Shown: piece after piece, positions 14,160-27,800 of the stretch | Numbering within the stretch: position 1 is the first letter of the stretch | How the letters are laid out: each line of letters begins with the position of its first letter | Assembly: GCA_951406725.2 (NCBI GenBank) | Contig: OX597824.1 | Span: forward strand, 61,814,001 to 61,878,000 | Reading direction: 5' to 3' | DNA from: Octopus vulgaris | Lineage: Eukaryota | DNA: 64,000 nt | Notes under the pieces: generated by a model | Seen by the model: only the letters and a program-made list of their open reading frames with translations | Database searches by the model: none | Told to the model about the DNA's origin: nothing | Program-made: the position numbers and the translations under genes

Positions 14160-15060
14160 ATATAGGAACAGAGAGAGGAGGAAAGATAAGATGGTTGACC
14201 GGAGAGGGAGAGGAGAAAGGAGAAAAGCCAGGGGGGATAGAGAGAGAGACCAGGGGATTGTCCTGAGAGAAGAGAGAAAAAAGAGAAAAAGAGAAAAAAG
14301 AAGGTCAGCAGGGGGAGAGTGAGCGGGATAGAGGTGTAGTAGAAAGAAAGTAAAGGGACAGGGAGGAAAAGAGAGAAAAGAGGATGGACCCTAAGGGGAG
14401 CAGGGAGAAGAAAGGCGGAGAGATAAAATGGAGAGGGAGAGAGAGAGAAGGCGGGATAGAGGTACCAGAGAGTGAAGTAAAGGGACAGAGAGGGTGGTGT
14501 GGAGGAAGGAGACAGAGAGAGGAAAAATAAGGCAAGGGGATGAGCCTTAGAGGGAGCAGGGAGAGGAAAGGTAGGAAGAAAAAGGGGGGAGGGAAAGAGG
14601 GGGCACGACAGAGGTGCAAGAGAGTGTAGTAAAGGGACAGGGAGGGTGGTGTAGAGAAAGAAATAAGGGGACAGAAGGAGAAGAGGAAACGGGGTTTGAC
14701 CTGTGAAGGAGCGGAGAGAAAAGAGGCAGAGAGAGGGAGGGGGAGTAACAGAGAGAGAGAAAAAAGAGAGAGAGAGAGGGTGGTATATAGATACAAGAGA
14801 GAATGAGTGAAGTAGAGGAACTGAGAGGGGGGTGAGATGTGAGAAAGTTGATCTGAGAGAGAGATGCAGAAAGAGAAACGATGGCAGAGAGAGAGAGAGA
14901 GAGAGGAGGGAGAGAGAGAGAGAGCGGAAATAGAGGGTCTGGTGGATGCAGAGACAGATAAGGTATAAAAATGTAAGAGATAGAAATGTAAGAAATGAAA
15001 GAGATAGAAATAGAAATGTAAGAAAGAGATAGAGAGAGAGCGTGGCAGATAGGAAGAACA
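14160..15060. repeat. polypurine/polypyrimidine tract with internal short repeats, possibly the LINE 5' UTR
   Basis: Plus strand almost all A/G; the motif agtaaagggacag recurs; contiguous with the LINE 5' end. Confidence 0.6.
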
Positions 15061-15717
15061 AATCTGTAAACAAACGCGTTAAAGATAGAATAGCGCGTAT
15101 TTTTTATATCTTTTATATCCTTTTTTTTAAAATTATTATCTTCTGGTTGAGGGAACACTAATAATAAATAATATTTTTCCTTACCTTACCGGCTGAGAGA
15201 ACATTTACCGTCACTCCGTTTTATAAGAAAGGAATATAGATACTAAGACAGACCTTTGATATTCCTCACTTGTATTTTGTAAACAAAAGGAAAGAATAAC
15301 GTTCCGATTTCGTAGATGCAAAAATTAACAATGCTTTCTATATTTTCTTAAGCAATTTGGTATTAGGCAGCAAATTTTTCAGAGGCTTTCAAAACACGCA
15401 GATTTACGACACCAAAAGCGAAAATATCCTTCTCAGAAATACTGTGTCTTGTCGTTGTTTCACAGACAAAAATTCACTTCAATTTCAGTAAGTAACAAAC
15501 GTGCTTTCAACACATGTGCTCGCTAGGTATGTTCTAGTTGCAAATACTATATCAAAGCGAAAATATTCTTCTCAAATACAGTGTCTTGTCGTACTTTCAC
15601 TTATATTCGCTTTACAGACAAATTTCACTTCTGATAACATCGATCTCTTGAAGGACTTCTTAAACTTTAGGAGAGACATATTAACACACACTTGTTGTTA
15701 GTTCGGCGCCATCTTGT

Positions 15718-15720
<3 letters not shown>

Positions 15721-15786
<66 letters not shown>

Positions 15787-15787
15787 A

Positions 15788-15829
<42 letters not shown>

Positions 15830-15839
15830 TGTATATATA

Positions 15840-15872
<33 letters not shown>

Positions 15873-16025
15873 GCATATATAAATATATACATATATATAT
15901 ATGCATATATATATATATGTATATATATATATATGCATATATATATATATACATATATATATGCATATATATATATATATATGCATATATATATATACAT
16001 ATATATATATATATGCATATATATG
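15721..16025. repeat. (TA)n microsatellite with TATGCA/TACA variants
   Basis: Direct inspection; abuts the inferred 3' end of the PLE at 16026. Confidence 0.95.
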
Positions 16026-16110
16026 TAGTTCCCGGGTTGATACGGGGTTAACCACAGTAAGTAAGGTACTCAATACATAGCAGAGTAAAATTAATTTATT
16101 ATATAGAAGG

Positions 16111-16161
16111 AGCTTCTACAGGACTAGTACTGTTTCATTCAAGAGAAATCTTCAGGAAGCT
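16111..16161 (-). ncRNA. type I hammerhead ribozyme
   Basis: Reverse complement: agcttc-CTGAAGA-tttctcttgaat-GAAA-cagtactagtcctg-TA-gaagct. Confidence 0.8.
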
Positions 16162-16504
16162 ATTTAACAAGAATTGTATTAGCATTTATACATTTAGAGG
16201 AGTGGTGGTGGGGGACTTTTTGGGGGTAGGCATAGCGCAAAATATCATACTTGGGGGAGTGGTCAAGGTAATAAAAAAATAAAAAAATAATAAAAAATTA
16301 AAAAAATAAAAGGATAAAATAAAAGAATAAAAATAAAAAATATAAAAAATATAAAGTATAAAAAATATAAAAAATATAAAAAATATATATAAAAAAGTAT
16401 AAAAAAATATATAAAAAAAATATATATATAAAATATATATATAAAATATATATATAAAAAAAGGGGGGATAGAGTTATAGGTAAATAAGGAGATTCTCAC
16501 TTAT

Positions 16505-16560
16505 ACCTATACACACATGTATACGTATCTACACACACATACGCACATACACATATATCT

Positions 16561-16617
<57 letters not shown>

Positions 16618-17103
16618 CCTACACATACACACATACATACATACAAATATACATATACATATATATATATACAATCCAATACAGGCCCATTCCCTAATTT
16701 TAATTTTATTATCTTCATTTATTACTTTTGTTATCTTTGATCGCTAGGGCTAAGAATCCTGGCAATAGCTGCTTGTCCGTTTGTCTGTCTACTAGAAGGC
16801 AAGTACTCATTCCCGCACGCACACTCATTAGCACGTACATTCACCCATTCGTACACTCATACACATACACGTACGCACGCGTTATATTCATACATACAAA
16901 CATCTACATACGTTCACGTATATACACATACGTACTCGTACCTACAGATTCGTGTCTACACTTTAGGAGGCTAGTCTATACATATACACCAATAAATATA
17001 CATATATATATATATATATATATACCCGCATATACATACACACACACACATATATACTCCTACATACAGATACATACCTATATATATATATATATACACA
17101 TAC

Positions 17104-17138
<35 letters not shown>

Positions 17139-17326
17139 CATATATACACATACCTACACATACACACATACACATACACACACATACATACACATATATA
17201 TACATACACAAACATATATACACACACATATATATACATACACACATACACACATACATACGTATACATACATACATACATCTATACATCCATACTTACA
17301 TGCATTTATACGCATACACACACCCA

Positions 17327-17367
<41 letters not shown>

Positions 17368-17639
17368 TCACACATACATATACAAATCTACGCACACACA
17401 TACATACATACACGTATACGCATACACGCACATACACATATACATGCGTACCCATACACGTGCACACACGCACGCGCATCCATATAAATACACACACACA
17501 CATATATATATACACGTGTGCAAGCATACATACATACTCATACGCGCACACATACTTACAAATACATATATGCACACACTTACACACATATATATACATA
17601 CACATATACATGCATACATACATATATGCATACATACAC

Positions 17640-17716
<77 letters not shown>

Positions 17717-17779
17717 TATACATACATAGACATACATACACATACATACACATACACATACGTACACACACATATACAC

Positions 17780-17810
<31 letters not shown>

Positions 17811-18346
17811 CACATACACGCATACATATATACACATATACATACATATACATACACACACACATACATATATACATATACACTGATACACATACCCATA
17901 CATACACATGCATATACTTATATTACTACATACTCACATATATAGACATATATACATATACACACATACATATATACATGTACATACACATACGCATGCA
18001 TATATATATATATATATACACACACATATATACACACACATATATATATATACATATATATACATACGTACACACACACACACACATACATATACACATA
18101 TACATGTATACATACGCAAAAATGATACGCATATATACACATACACACACACAGACAGATGCATATACATACATATATATATATATAAACTACATATCTA
18201 TATAAATACAAACATAATACACATATACACACACATATATATACATTCATGCATATACATATACAAGTATACATACACAAACATACACACACACGCGCAC
18301 ACATACATATACACACACACATATACAAATACATACATACACACAT

Positions 18347-18385
<39 letters not shown>

Positions 18386-18970
18386 CATACATGTACACAT
18401 ATACATATGTATATATATATATCAACAAGGGAGGGTAAAGTTAATTAGTTATTAATCAATTTCATCAAGTGTTCAGTATGTAAAGGGACCATTATTATTT
18501 TGAGTAAACAATGTTAGAGGGAAAAAAATTCTCTAAGTAGTGGAAGAGGCTAAAAAACTTTATTGGCTGCTATTTCTAGAAAGTTTAGTATGTGGCAAAG
18601 TAATTTATTTTATTTTCCTAAGCCCTAATTATATAATATTTTATACATACATACACATACATAAGCACATACATTTACACATACATATGCATATACATAT
18701 ATACACATATACATACAAACACATATACATATATACACACACACACACATACAAGCACATACATATATATATACATATATATACACACATATATACACAT
18801 ATATATATATATATATATATACATGCAAATATATATACATATATATTTTTTTACATGCATACATACACACACACACACATAATACATGCGTATATTCCTA
18901 CTGTACCCATGCATTTCTATACATATATACATACATACATACGATACACATATACAAGCGTGCACATATA
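16505..18970. repeat. degenerate compound (CA)/(TA)/(CATA) microsatellite region
   Basis: Direct inspection; interrupted by unique blocks at ~16680-16830 and ~18425-18630. Confidence 0.9.
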
Positions 18971-19056
18971 ATATGTGAAAGGTCTTAGGAGAAAAGGTAA
19001 TCGGGGGTGCTAGGGGAACAGTGGGGTTGGGGGGGGGGGTTGTAGGGGGGTTGTCA

Positions 19057-19557
19057 TCAATCAGGTTGCCGGGTAGGTCTATAGTTCTTGTAGTTCGCGT
19101 ACTTCTTATGCATACAGTTTGGGGAGTGTTCTGAAAATTTGTTAAGGAGAGGGCCTTTAGCGAACAAGATCTCTAGGCTCTCTGATATGCATAGGTCACA
19201 GCAGGTATGTCCTCCTGTGTACGAGCGCGCCTTCTGTAGTAGTTTCCACTTGGTCTTGAAGGGGATTGAGTTCCTTTTAAGGTACCAGATGTGGGCGGCG
19301 AGGGTAGTTTGGTTGGATTTATCCTGTCGCCGGAACGAGTGTGTATGTGCATACCAGCGGGTCTTAAAGCTGTTTGACGTCATTCCAATGTAGGATTTAC
19401 TTTTATCGTCAAGGCCTGATCTTACCTCGCATTTATATACTAGGTCCCTCTGTAGGCAGTTGTTGTTGAGGGGGCAGGTGGTTTTATCATGGCAGTTGCA
19501 ATTGCTATCGGACGTTGGATGGGCCCCGGAGAAAGTAGATATGTTAAGTTTTTTCAC
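19057..19557 (-). CDS. PLE C-terminal GIY-YIG endonuclease domain (5'-truncated ORF, possibly Nematis-like)
   Basis: CNCHDKTTCPLNNNCL linker, LVY..SYIGMT..FKTRWYAH, LAAHIW, CDLCISE; uninterrupted to the stop. Confidence 0.85.
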   Translation of the reverse strand: MKKLNISTFSGAHPTSDSNCNCHDKTTCPLNNNCLQRDLVYKCEVRSGLDDKSKSYIGMTSNSFKTRWYAHTHSFRRQDKSNQTTLAAHIWYLKRNSIPFKTKWKLLQKARSYTGGHTCCDLCISESLEILFAKGPLLNKFSEHSPNCMHKKYANYKNYRPTRQPD

Positions 19558-19589
19558 ATTGTTGTTGGCTAAGTTCCTGGCTAGGTTGG

Positions 19590-19785
19590 GCGTGACAAGG
19601 CCGGTCCTTTGAAATACAGGTACAACTCATTTTTGCCAGCTGAGTGGACTGGAGAAACGTGAAGTAAAGTGTCTTGCTCAAGGACACGACGCGTCGCCGG
19701 GATTCGAACTGACGACCTTACAATCGTGAGCCGAATGCCCTAACCACTAAGCCACGCTAGATACAGATATATATATATATATATA

Positions 19786-19821
<36 letters not shown>

Positions 19822-19970
19822 TATATATATATACATATATATTTTTGCCAGCTGAGTGGACTGGAGAAACGTGAAGTAAAGTGTCTTGCTCAAGGACACG
19901 ACGCGTCGCCGGGATTCGAACTGACGACCTTACAATCGTGAGCCGAATGCCCTAACCACTAAGCCACGCT
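19590..19970 (-). mobile_element. two partial copies of a tRNA-derived SINE head (19590-19760, 19843-19970)
   Basis: Reverse complement carries A box TGGCTTAGTGG and B box GTTCGAATCC; near-identical to 21075-21245. Confidence 0.8.
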
Positions 19971-19997
19971 AGATACAGATATATATATATATATATA

Positions 19998-20031
<34 letters not shown>

Positions 20032-20128
20032 TATATATATATACATATATATATATGCATATATATATATATACATATATATATGCATATATATATGCAT
20101 ATATATATATATATACATATATATATGC

Positions 20129-20204
<76 letters not shown>

Positions 20205-20934
20205 GTATATGTATATATACATATATGTATGTATTTATCTATAAAAGCGAACTTTAGATTAGTTAAAATATCTTTGTGACATATTTCAACTTGTAACGGG
20301 AAATTCACTGTAGATATTGTGTTATTACACCTGTTACCTTAAAAAAGATTTTTTTGCACCCTAACTACATTTTCATATAGCAGTTGAGATATGCCACAAG
20401 TATGTTTTTACTCAGCTAAAATTCGCTTATATCAAGCAACTACAGGACGCTGATACTGCTGTATCAATACATATATGTATGTTTGTGTGTGTTTGTATGT
20501 TTGTGCGTGTGAGTGTGTGTGTGCGTGTGTGAGTGTGTGTGAAAAGACACATATATATATATATATGTATGTATTACATCTTTACTTTTATTCCAATAAA
20601 TTTGGCCTTTTTTCTTAGAGTAAATTTTCCTCCAATAAAAGTAAAATATATAATGACCATTGTTTATGCCTTGCCTTGACTATCACTCTGTTTAAAAACC
20701 TGTTTGACTGCAGCGCAACCACAAATTTACAGTACAGAATGATGATGAACTATAACCTGGGACCCTCTCATAATAATATTTGGAGTTCATCACTAATCTA
20801 AACAATATTGTTAGTGTTCTGCGTAAACAGGGATCTTATGAAGTATTTTTCCCGGATTGATAATCCCAAACCAATAATTCTCTCTCGCTTTCTCTTTCTT
20901 TCACGCATATATATATATATATATATATATATAC

Positions 20935-21245
20935 AAGGTGCGCTCCGTCTTTTATGACGACGAGGGTCCCAGCTGATACGATCAACGGAACAGCCTGCTC
21001 GTGAAATTAACGTGCAAGTGACTGATCAATCCACAGACACGTGTACTCCTAACGTAGTTCTCAGGGAGATTAAGCGTGACAAGGCCGGTCCTTTGAAATA
21101 CAGGTACAACTCATTTTTGCCAGCTGAGTGGACTGGAGAAACGTGAAGTAAAGTGTCTTGCTCAAGGACACGACGCGTCGCCGGGATTCAAACTGACGAC
21201 CTTACAATCGTGAGCCGAATGCCCTAACCACTAAGCCACGCTAGA
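20935..21245 (-). mobile_element. tRNA-derived SINE
   Basis: Pol III A/B boxes at the head (~21180-21240, minus strand), ~300-bp body, flanked by (TA)n. Confidence 0.8.
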
Positions 21246-21904
21246 TACAGATATATATATATATATATCTGTATGTATATGGAAGAATCTTGCTGACAGC
21301 GTCTTCGAAGTTTCGGTGTACTAAACCATTGTCGGGCACACTGGTGATCGCTTACTTAGCTGAAACGTCGAAGTTACTGTCAACATTCTTGCCTAAGAAT
21401 AATAGATTTATGCTCTACAAAAGGATAATACAATAGCCCATTAGATTAATGTAAAACTGATTTTAATATAACTGAACATGAAATCAGATATTGATATAGA
21501 TGTATGCTTGTATGTATGCATGCCAACCTATTCAGGTTTTCTCAATCCCCAGGGACTCTCGATTGAAATAACCACCCATCAAATTAAAATAAAATAGAAC
21601 GTCGTCACATTGTCAGAGACCAGTTTGAATTAACCAAAAGGAATCAGATTAAATATATCGGAACAAAGAACGTACCCTTTTGGCTAACTGGTTCAGTACG
21701 TAGCTTGAGAAGATAGGCTTCACAAAATATGAAAAAAAAAACACTCCTGGTTTATCGATTACGGCTGCAGGCATTGTCAAAATATGTAAAACATCGGAGG
21801 TGTTCAGGATAAAAAAGGACTGTATATGCAGTCAAAGATATGCGTCGTCCTATGTCTGCGTGTGCGCCGAGATTTGTATAAAAATGCAAAAATGCATGCC
21901 GATA

Positions 21905-21961
<57 letters not shown>

Positions 21962-22933
21962 GCATACAATAACATACATATTTAAGCGAACACAAGGACA
22001 CATATATCGATATACAACTATACAGTTTAGATGAACAATGCCACAATGACCATGTATAATGAAAAGAAGCGATGCTTCTATGTAGAAAATCCGTGATTAT
22101 ATTTAAGATATGAACTGACTAAATCTTGTAATGTGCTTCATTGTACTAAGTTTTGATATGTTTTTCTTTCGTTTACTTCAAAGAATACAGCCTTAATGTT
22201 ATTTATCCGTTTTCATTCTCCTTTTAAAGGCCTTTCTTATTGAATAAACTTGTAAGTTTTACTGAACCGTGAAACATATGGATTAACTTGTAGATATATC
22301 AGTCAATTGTCAGCTCTGTAATACGAAGTTTTAACAAAGGCTAAGCTAACATCTGTCAGTATTTTTTGAGTGGGAGATATATCTATTATTTCTTCTAGTC
22401 ACTATCCACCTAACTACACATTTGTTTGTTTAAAGATAAGAAAATTATCAAGACATGCATGAGTGCCTTGTGCGTGTTACTATTCAGCCGTGAGATCAAA
22501 CTTCTTTGCTTTTCTGTAAGAGTGTGTAGCTCCTCACAGTATCAGTTTGTCAGATCTTATCGCCAAAATTACGAACTTTATTAGAGCACAGTACAAATAA
22601 ATAATCTTACATTGTATTGTATCGGCAGATTGTCTGCGTGAAGGACCAAGATTGTCAGCGAAATAAACAACAAGTAAAATATATAATAGTTTAAACTGTC
22701 CAAACTAGACAACGAGAGAGGCAGATGGTCGAATGATTAAATGATTAGTTTCCTATGGCTGCTGTAGATATTCGCCTTTTAAGAGTGAAGAACCCACACC
22801 GGAAGTAATGGCAAAGTATCAGAAAAACAAATTAAATTTCAAGTATTGAGACCGTATCAAATAAATACACATACATGCACGAGTACACATACATGCACAC
22901 ACACATACACAATATCACGCGCACACACACATG

Positions 22934-22992
<59 letters not shown>

Positions 22993-24677
22993 CCTCACAA
23001 TCAGTCTTACTGAATGGATTCTTATCTGAAATTTCATGTCAATCGAAGTGCATAATTTATTTTACAATCAATATTAAGTTATTATCACTAAATATAAATG
23101 GCTTAATGCTGGTCAACAATGAACCAGCAGTTGTGACCTTCATAGCTTTTACAAGTCGTTAGCAACACAACTGAAAGAAAATAACCAAAATATCAAGAGC
23201 TAGCGATACGAAGTGGGTCGCATTCTATATATGCCGTAGTGATGCCAGCCCTATAACAGAGATTATCTGTTGTTACAAAAATTGTCTATATTTGTAGTAA
23301 AAATGTTTAGATATAACAATTTTCCCTGTCTATACAATCGATGTTGTCAGTAGGAAAGTTACGAATCGATAGAACTTGGCGCCTTTGCTGAGGCAGCTTT
23401 GCTATCAAGACGCAGATTCGGAACACATACAACAAAACATCCTATCCATCAATCTTCGCACATTTGACTGGCATTTTATAAATTGAAACGGAAAAGAGGA
23501 AAAGCAAACTTGACTCCGGTGGAACCTGAAATTAGAGTGCAGAAAATAGAAAGAAAAGGTATTTAAAGAACGAGTGCTAAAAATTCATGGCCAGAGGATA
23601 CGGAATCTATATGTGGTCCGTGTCTTTATCAGGAACTTAAATAAAAGCCTTAATGGAATATCAGAAACCAAATTGCACTGGCCTTGTCGGAAACTCACCT
23701 TTTACTTCGATATTTAATGTTAATTGTTTTTATTAACAATATCATGGGAATATTTATAACAATTATTGATTTGTCCTGGAAATATACTTTGGATACGTTG
23801 CAAGCAATCACACTGGTATTTCATGTGTAGAATTGAGTTAATCGTTCGGTCAGTCAAGTTTAAAACCTATTTTTAAATTCCGATTACAGTTCTTCGTCTT
23901 TTGCTCTTTTGATTCCCATATTCTATTCTTAGCATATGCGTCTTTTATGAAATCGATAAAGATACTAATCCAATGGAAGAGACTATGGATTACGGAAGCG
24001 TTCGGTAGTAAATACTGTTACATGTGTACTTTCTCGGAAACAACAAAACAATCTATATTATTTGGATATTACCTTCAAGCTAGATTTTAAATGGTGGCTA
24101 TAAGCAGTCTGTGTGTTTTAATATTCAATTATATCAGGACAACTGTGTCTGAAACAGATCTGTCTGAGGAAATGCGTTAAAGTATTTAATAATGACCATT
24201 TATATTCTCAGACTGTGTTCCCTTCCATAATTCATAGCAAGATAAAGTATGTAAACTTTAGGAAGCTATATTTAAATACACCAACATTAACTTCGCCTGT
24301 GATGGCACTTTATCAATGCTATAAATTAATGTTCATTTCGATACCGTCTTGTAAATTGGCACACTAATATATCTACGTAGATTATTGCGTTTCAATATAT
24401 TTCATTTTGTTTGACTCCGAGTTCAAATTCGTGACATTACTGATTTTAAATGTCGCTAGTTGGTGTTGATGAAATGGATGACTGTAATATAACGACTGTC
24501 GATGTAACGGGATACAAATCTTCCCCGTACAAATTTGTTTTGAACTTACTGAAAAGCAATTTAAGTTCATGTGTTGACCATCCCATTTGAATAAAATATA
24601 ACTATCTTCTTACTCGATGCCTTAAAACACATTTAATACTGAACCAAATTATATATCCCCTTTATTATATTTTTCGT

Positions 24678-24709
24678 ATGAATAATATAATATAATATAA
24701 TATAATATA

Positions 24710-24780
<71 letters not shown>

Positions 24781-24800
24781 TATGTATGTATATATATATA
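24678..24800. repeat. (AATAT)n/(TA)n microsatellite
   Basis: Direct inspection; adjoins the LINE 3' end. Confidence 0.95.
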
Positions 24801-27800
24801 ACTTAGAGTAACTTAGAAAGGTTTTGGCCAGTATTGGCCCAGGCCATGTCTAACTTAATAGCAGCACCTGGCGAAGTCTTTCAATTCAGGATTTGGGCAC
24901 CAAGGCCCATTCGAGCAGAGAGTTATTGTTTGCGGAGACATATCCGGGTGTGGGTGGTTTGTCCGGGACTGTTTGAAGGAATTTGTTCAAAGACTTCTTG
25001 AATTTTGTGTGGTCAGTTTCTTTTTTGACATGTCCTCTTGTAATGTTGAAGAGAGCGGGTCCAATTGAGGTGAAATAGTTGTGCCGTATTGTCGTTATGT
25101 GATGCGATTTAGATTTTTGTTGTGGACGGATGGCACGTGGTCCAAGCCTTGGATGTATTTTGAAGGTGATGCCAACATCATTCGGACAGTGCTGATGGAA
25201 TATTTTCCACATCATACAGATAATGTAGCGTTCACGGCGTCGTTGGAGTGAATACAATTTCAGCTTCTCTAGTCTACCCCAGTAGTCAAGGTCTGACATG
25301 CCATCTATCTTTTTTGTGATTGACCTTTAAGGAGCTTCAATTCCCATAATATTTTGTTTTGTGTAGGGAGACCACAGTGGACAGCAGTATTCAAGGTGGG
25401 GTCGGGCAAAAGTGGAGAAGAGAAGGATAGTAGTGTGGGAATCTCTCGACTGGAAGGTTCTGAGAATCCAGGAACACATTCTGCGGGCCATGTCAACTTT
25501 GCTGCTTATATGTGTAGCCCAGCTTATGTTGTTGTCCACTGTTACTCCCAAGTCTCTGATGTTGTTGGATGCCATGAGAATTTCTCCAGAAGGAAGAGAG
25601 TATGGGAGTTTCAGAGCGTCCTCCCTTTGTCTTCATTTAGCAACATGTTATTTTTTTCCGCCCATTGGACAACAGCCAGTAGGTCTGACTGAAGGTTTAT
25701 TCGGTCATCCACGCCATTGATGACCTTCTGGAGCTTGGAATCATCAGCGAAGGTTCTGATGTTACTGTGTTTGATGGTGTCAGTAATATCATTTATGTAG
25801 ATGATGAAGAGAAGTGGGCCCAACACAGTGCCTTGTGGGACACCACTGCTGACTTTGGCTGGGCTGGATTTGACTCCTTCGACTACAACATGTTGGGTTC
25901 TGTTAGACAGGAAGCACTTGATCCACTGCAGCAGCTTTCCAGTGACACCAATATTGGACAGCTTTCTCAGAAGGATCTTATGATCAACCCTGTCAAAGGC
26001 CTTGCTGAAATCAAGGTAGATGACATCAGTGTTGGAACCCTCTCCCAAGGCTCTCAAAATGTCATCAAAATGATGCAGTAGCTGCGTCAGGTAATCTCTC
26101 CCATTACGGAATCCATGCTGGTTGGGGTTCAGCATATTATGACTCTCAAGGAAGTGAGTCATACGCAATCTCAGCACTCTCTCAAATACCTTAATGATAT
26201 GAGAGGTGAGTGAGATTGGACGGTAATTCACGGCAAGCGATTTGTTTCCTTTTTTGAAAACTGGGACAACAGACTGGGATAGAAGGTCTTCTGGTATATA
26301 TCCAGCATCCAGTGGGTGTGTATGTGGGCGTGAAGGACCAATCGACTTGTACAAGATCATTATTGATAGCTTCCCAGTTTGCATTGTGGAAATCCATAGT
26401 GTCAAATAGATGAACATGAGGGATGACATTTGTTTTGCATTTTGGCCAGTGAAATCTCAGATCACAGAGAACCATGTCATGGATGGAGAGTAGGGTTTTC
26501 TCCACTGCAATATTGTGGATAGTATCAGTGTGATTGCTGAAAATTAAGTCTAAGACGTTTTTATGACATCTCGTTGGTTCGAGTACCAGTTGGGACAGGA
26601 AGAAATCATTCGTGAAGTCAAGAAGCGACTCCACTGTCTCCCTGTCAGGGGTTGAGAGAGAAGAACCTGGCGGCAGACTGTTTGTAGACCAGTCAACCCC
26701 GGGAAGGTTGAGGTCTCCCATCATTAAAATGTTGTCAGGTCGACACTGCTGAAGGAAACACTTTATGCTGTTGAGGCATTCCTTGAAGCATGGTAGGGGC
26801 GTTTGGGGTGGTCTGTAGAGCCCAACTACTGTCAAGTTGTTGGTTTGACTGAATACAGCGACTGCTTCTCAGTATCCATTGGAAAATATGTTCATGACTT
26901 CTGTTGAGAATGAATCATGAACATAAATGGCAGTCCCACCCTTTCTTCTGCCAGCACGATCAGCACGAATGGTTTTGAAATTTTTAACTTTCACCTCGGC
27001 TTCCAAGTGAAGGTTACTAAGATGGGTTTCAGTGAGGACGAAGAAAGGGATGTGGTTTGGATGGGCCTCGACCCAGTCCTCCAGGAATCTTATCTTCCAT
27101 TTTTGTGTATTGGTGGAAGGGCTGATGCCTTGGGCATTAAGCAGAAATGTTGAGGCGAGAGTGGATGGTTTTAATTGTTTTGGTGATTTGTTTATTTGAT
27201 TGCTTTTTAATGGCATGTGCAGAGGGGCAATAGTGGTGGATGGTGGTGGGTGATAGCAGCTCGGATGTTTTTTCCAGTTCTTCTGCTAGATTCATTATAG
27301 CTAAAACAGAGGAAGTAGAGGTGGTTTCCTGTCTAGGGAACTGTAGGTGACTGTGGTTGTGGTTATTTTTATATGAGTGGTTATTTCTATATGAGTCGTA
27401 GGTTTTTTGCTTTTATTTTTATTTATAATGTCATTTGTCCGACGAGTCCCCGGGAGATGGGTAAAGGGGCAATCCCTGTGCAAACATAATCTGTCTCGCT
27501 GGGAATAGCGGCAGATTTGGGGATTCCTTGTTTGAGATATTGGTTGTGGTGGTGGTGTTGTATTATGGTGGTTGCTGTTGTAGTTTGTGGGGATAGAGCG
27601 TTTTGTTCCAGGTAAATGGGTGAATTTGCAGTCTCTATCAGTGCACAGTCTATGGCGAAGAGAATATCGGCAAATGATGGGGTTTCGATGGGTGTGTAGG
27701 TGCGTGTGTGTGTGTGGGTTGTGAGAGGTGTAGATGATAGTTTGTTGAAGTTTTGGCGACCTTTGTGACCTGTAGGAGGTAAATTCCTTGAGATAGCATT

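Larger units (their letters stand above)
10191..14160 (-). mobile_element. near full-length CR1-group LINE (ORF1 + APE-RT ORF2), frameshifted
   Basis: APE motifs (LLNVGGL, LTET, MGDFNFP, ILDL, ISDHN), RT motifs, no RNase H; 3' tail of tandem TTTAAGGA abutting TA. Confidence 0.92.
16026..19596 (-). mobile_element. 5'-truncated Penelope-like element: GIY-YIG, long low-complexity 3' region, HHR-bearing pseudo-LTR
   Basis: GIY-YIG ORF and HHR on the same strand, ending in (TA)n; continuity across the 2.5-kb CA/TA tract is inferred. Confidence 0.6.

Noticed and set aside
13159-15158. Long ORFs of 387, 346 and 203 aa
   Set aside because: Antisense to LINE ORF1, or translations of the CT-rich tract
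19690-19760. tRNA gene-like segment with A/B boxes
   Set aside because: Continues into a repeated SINE body and has no complete acceptor stem
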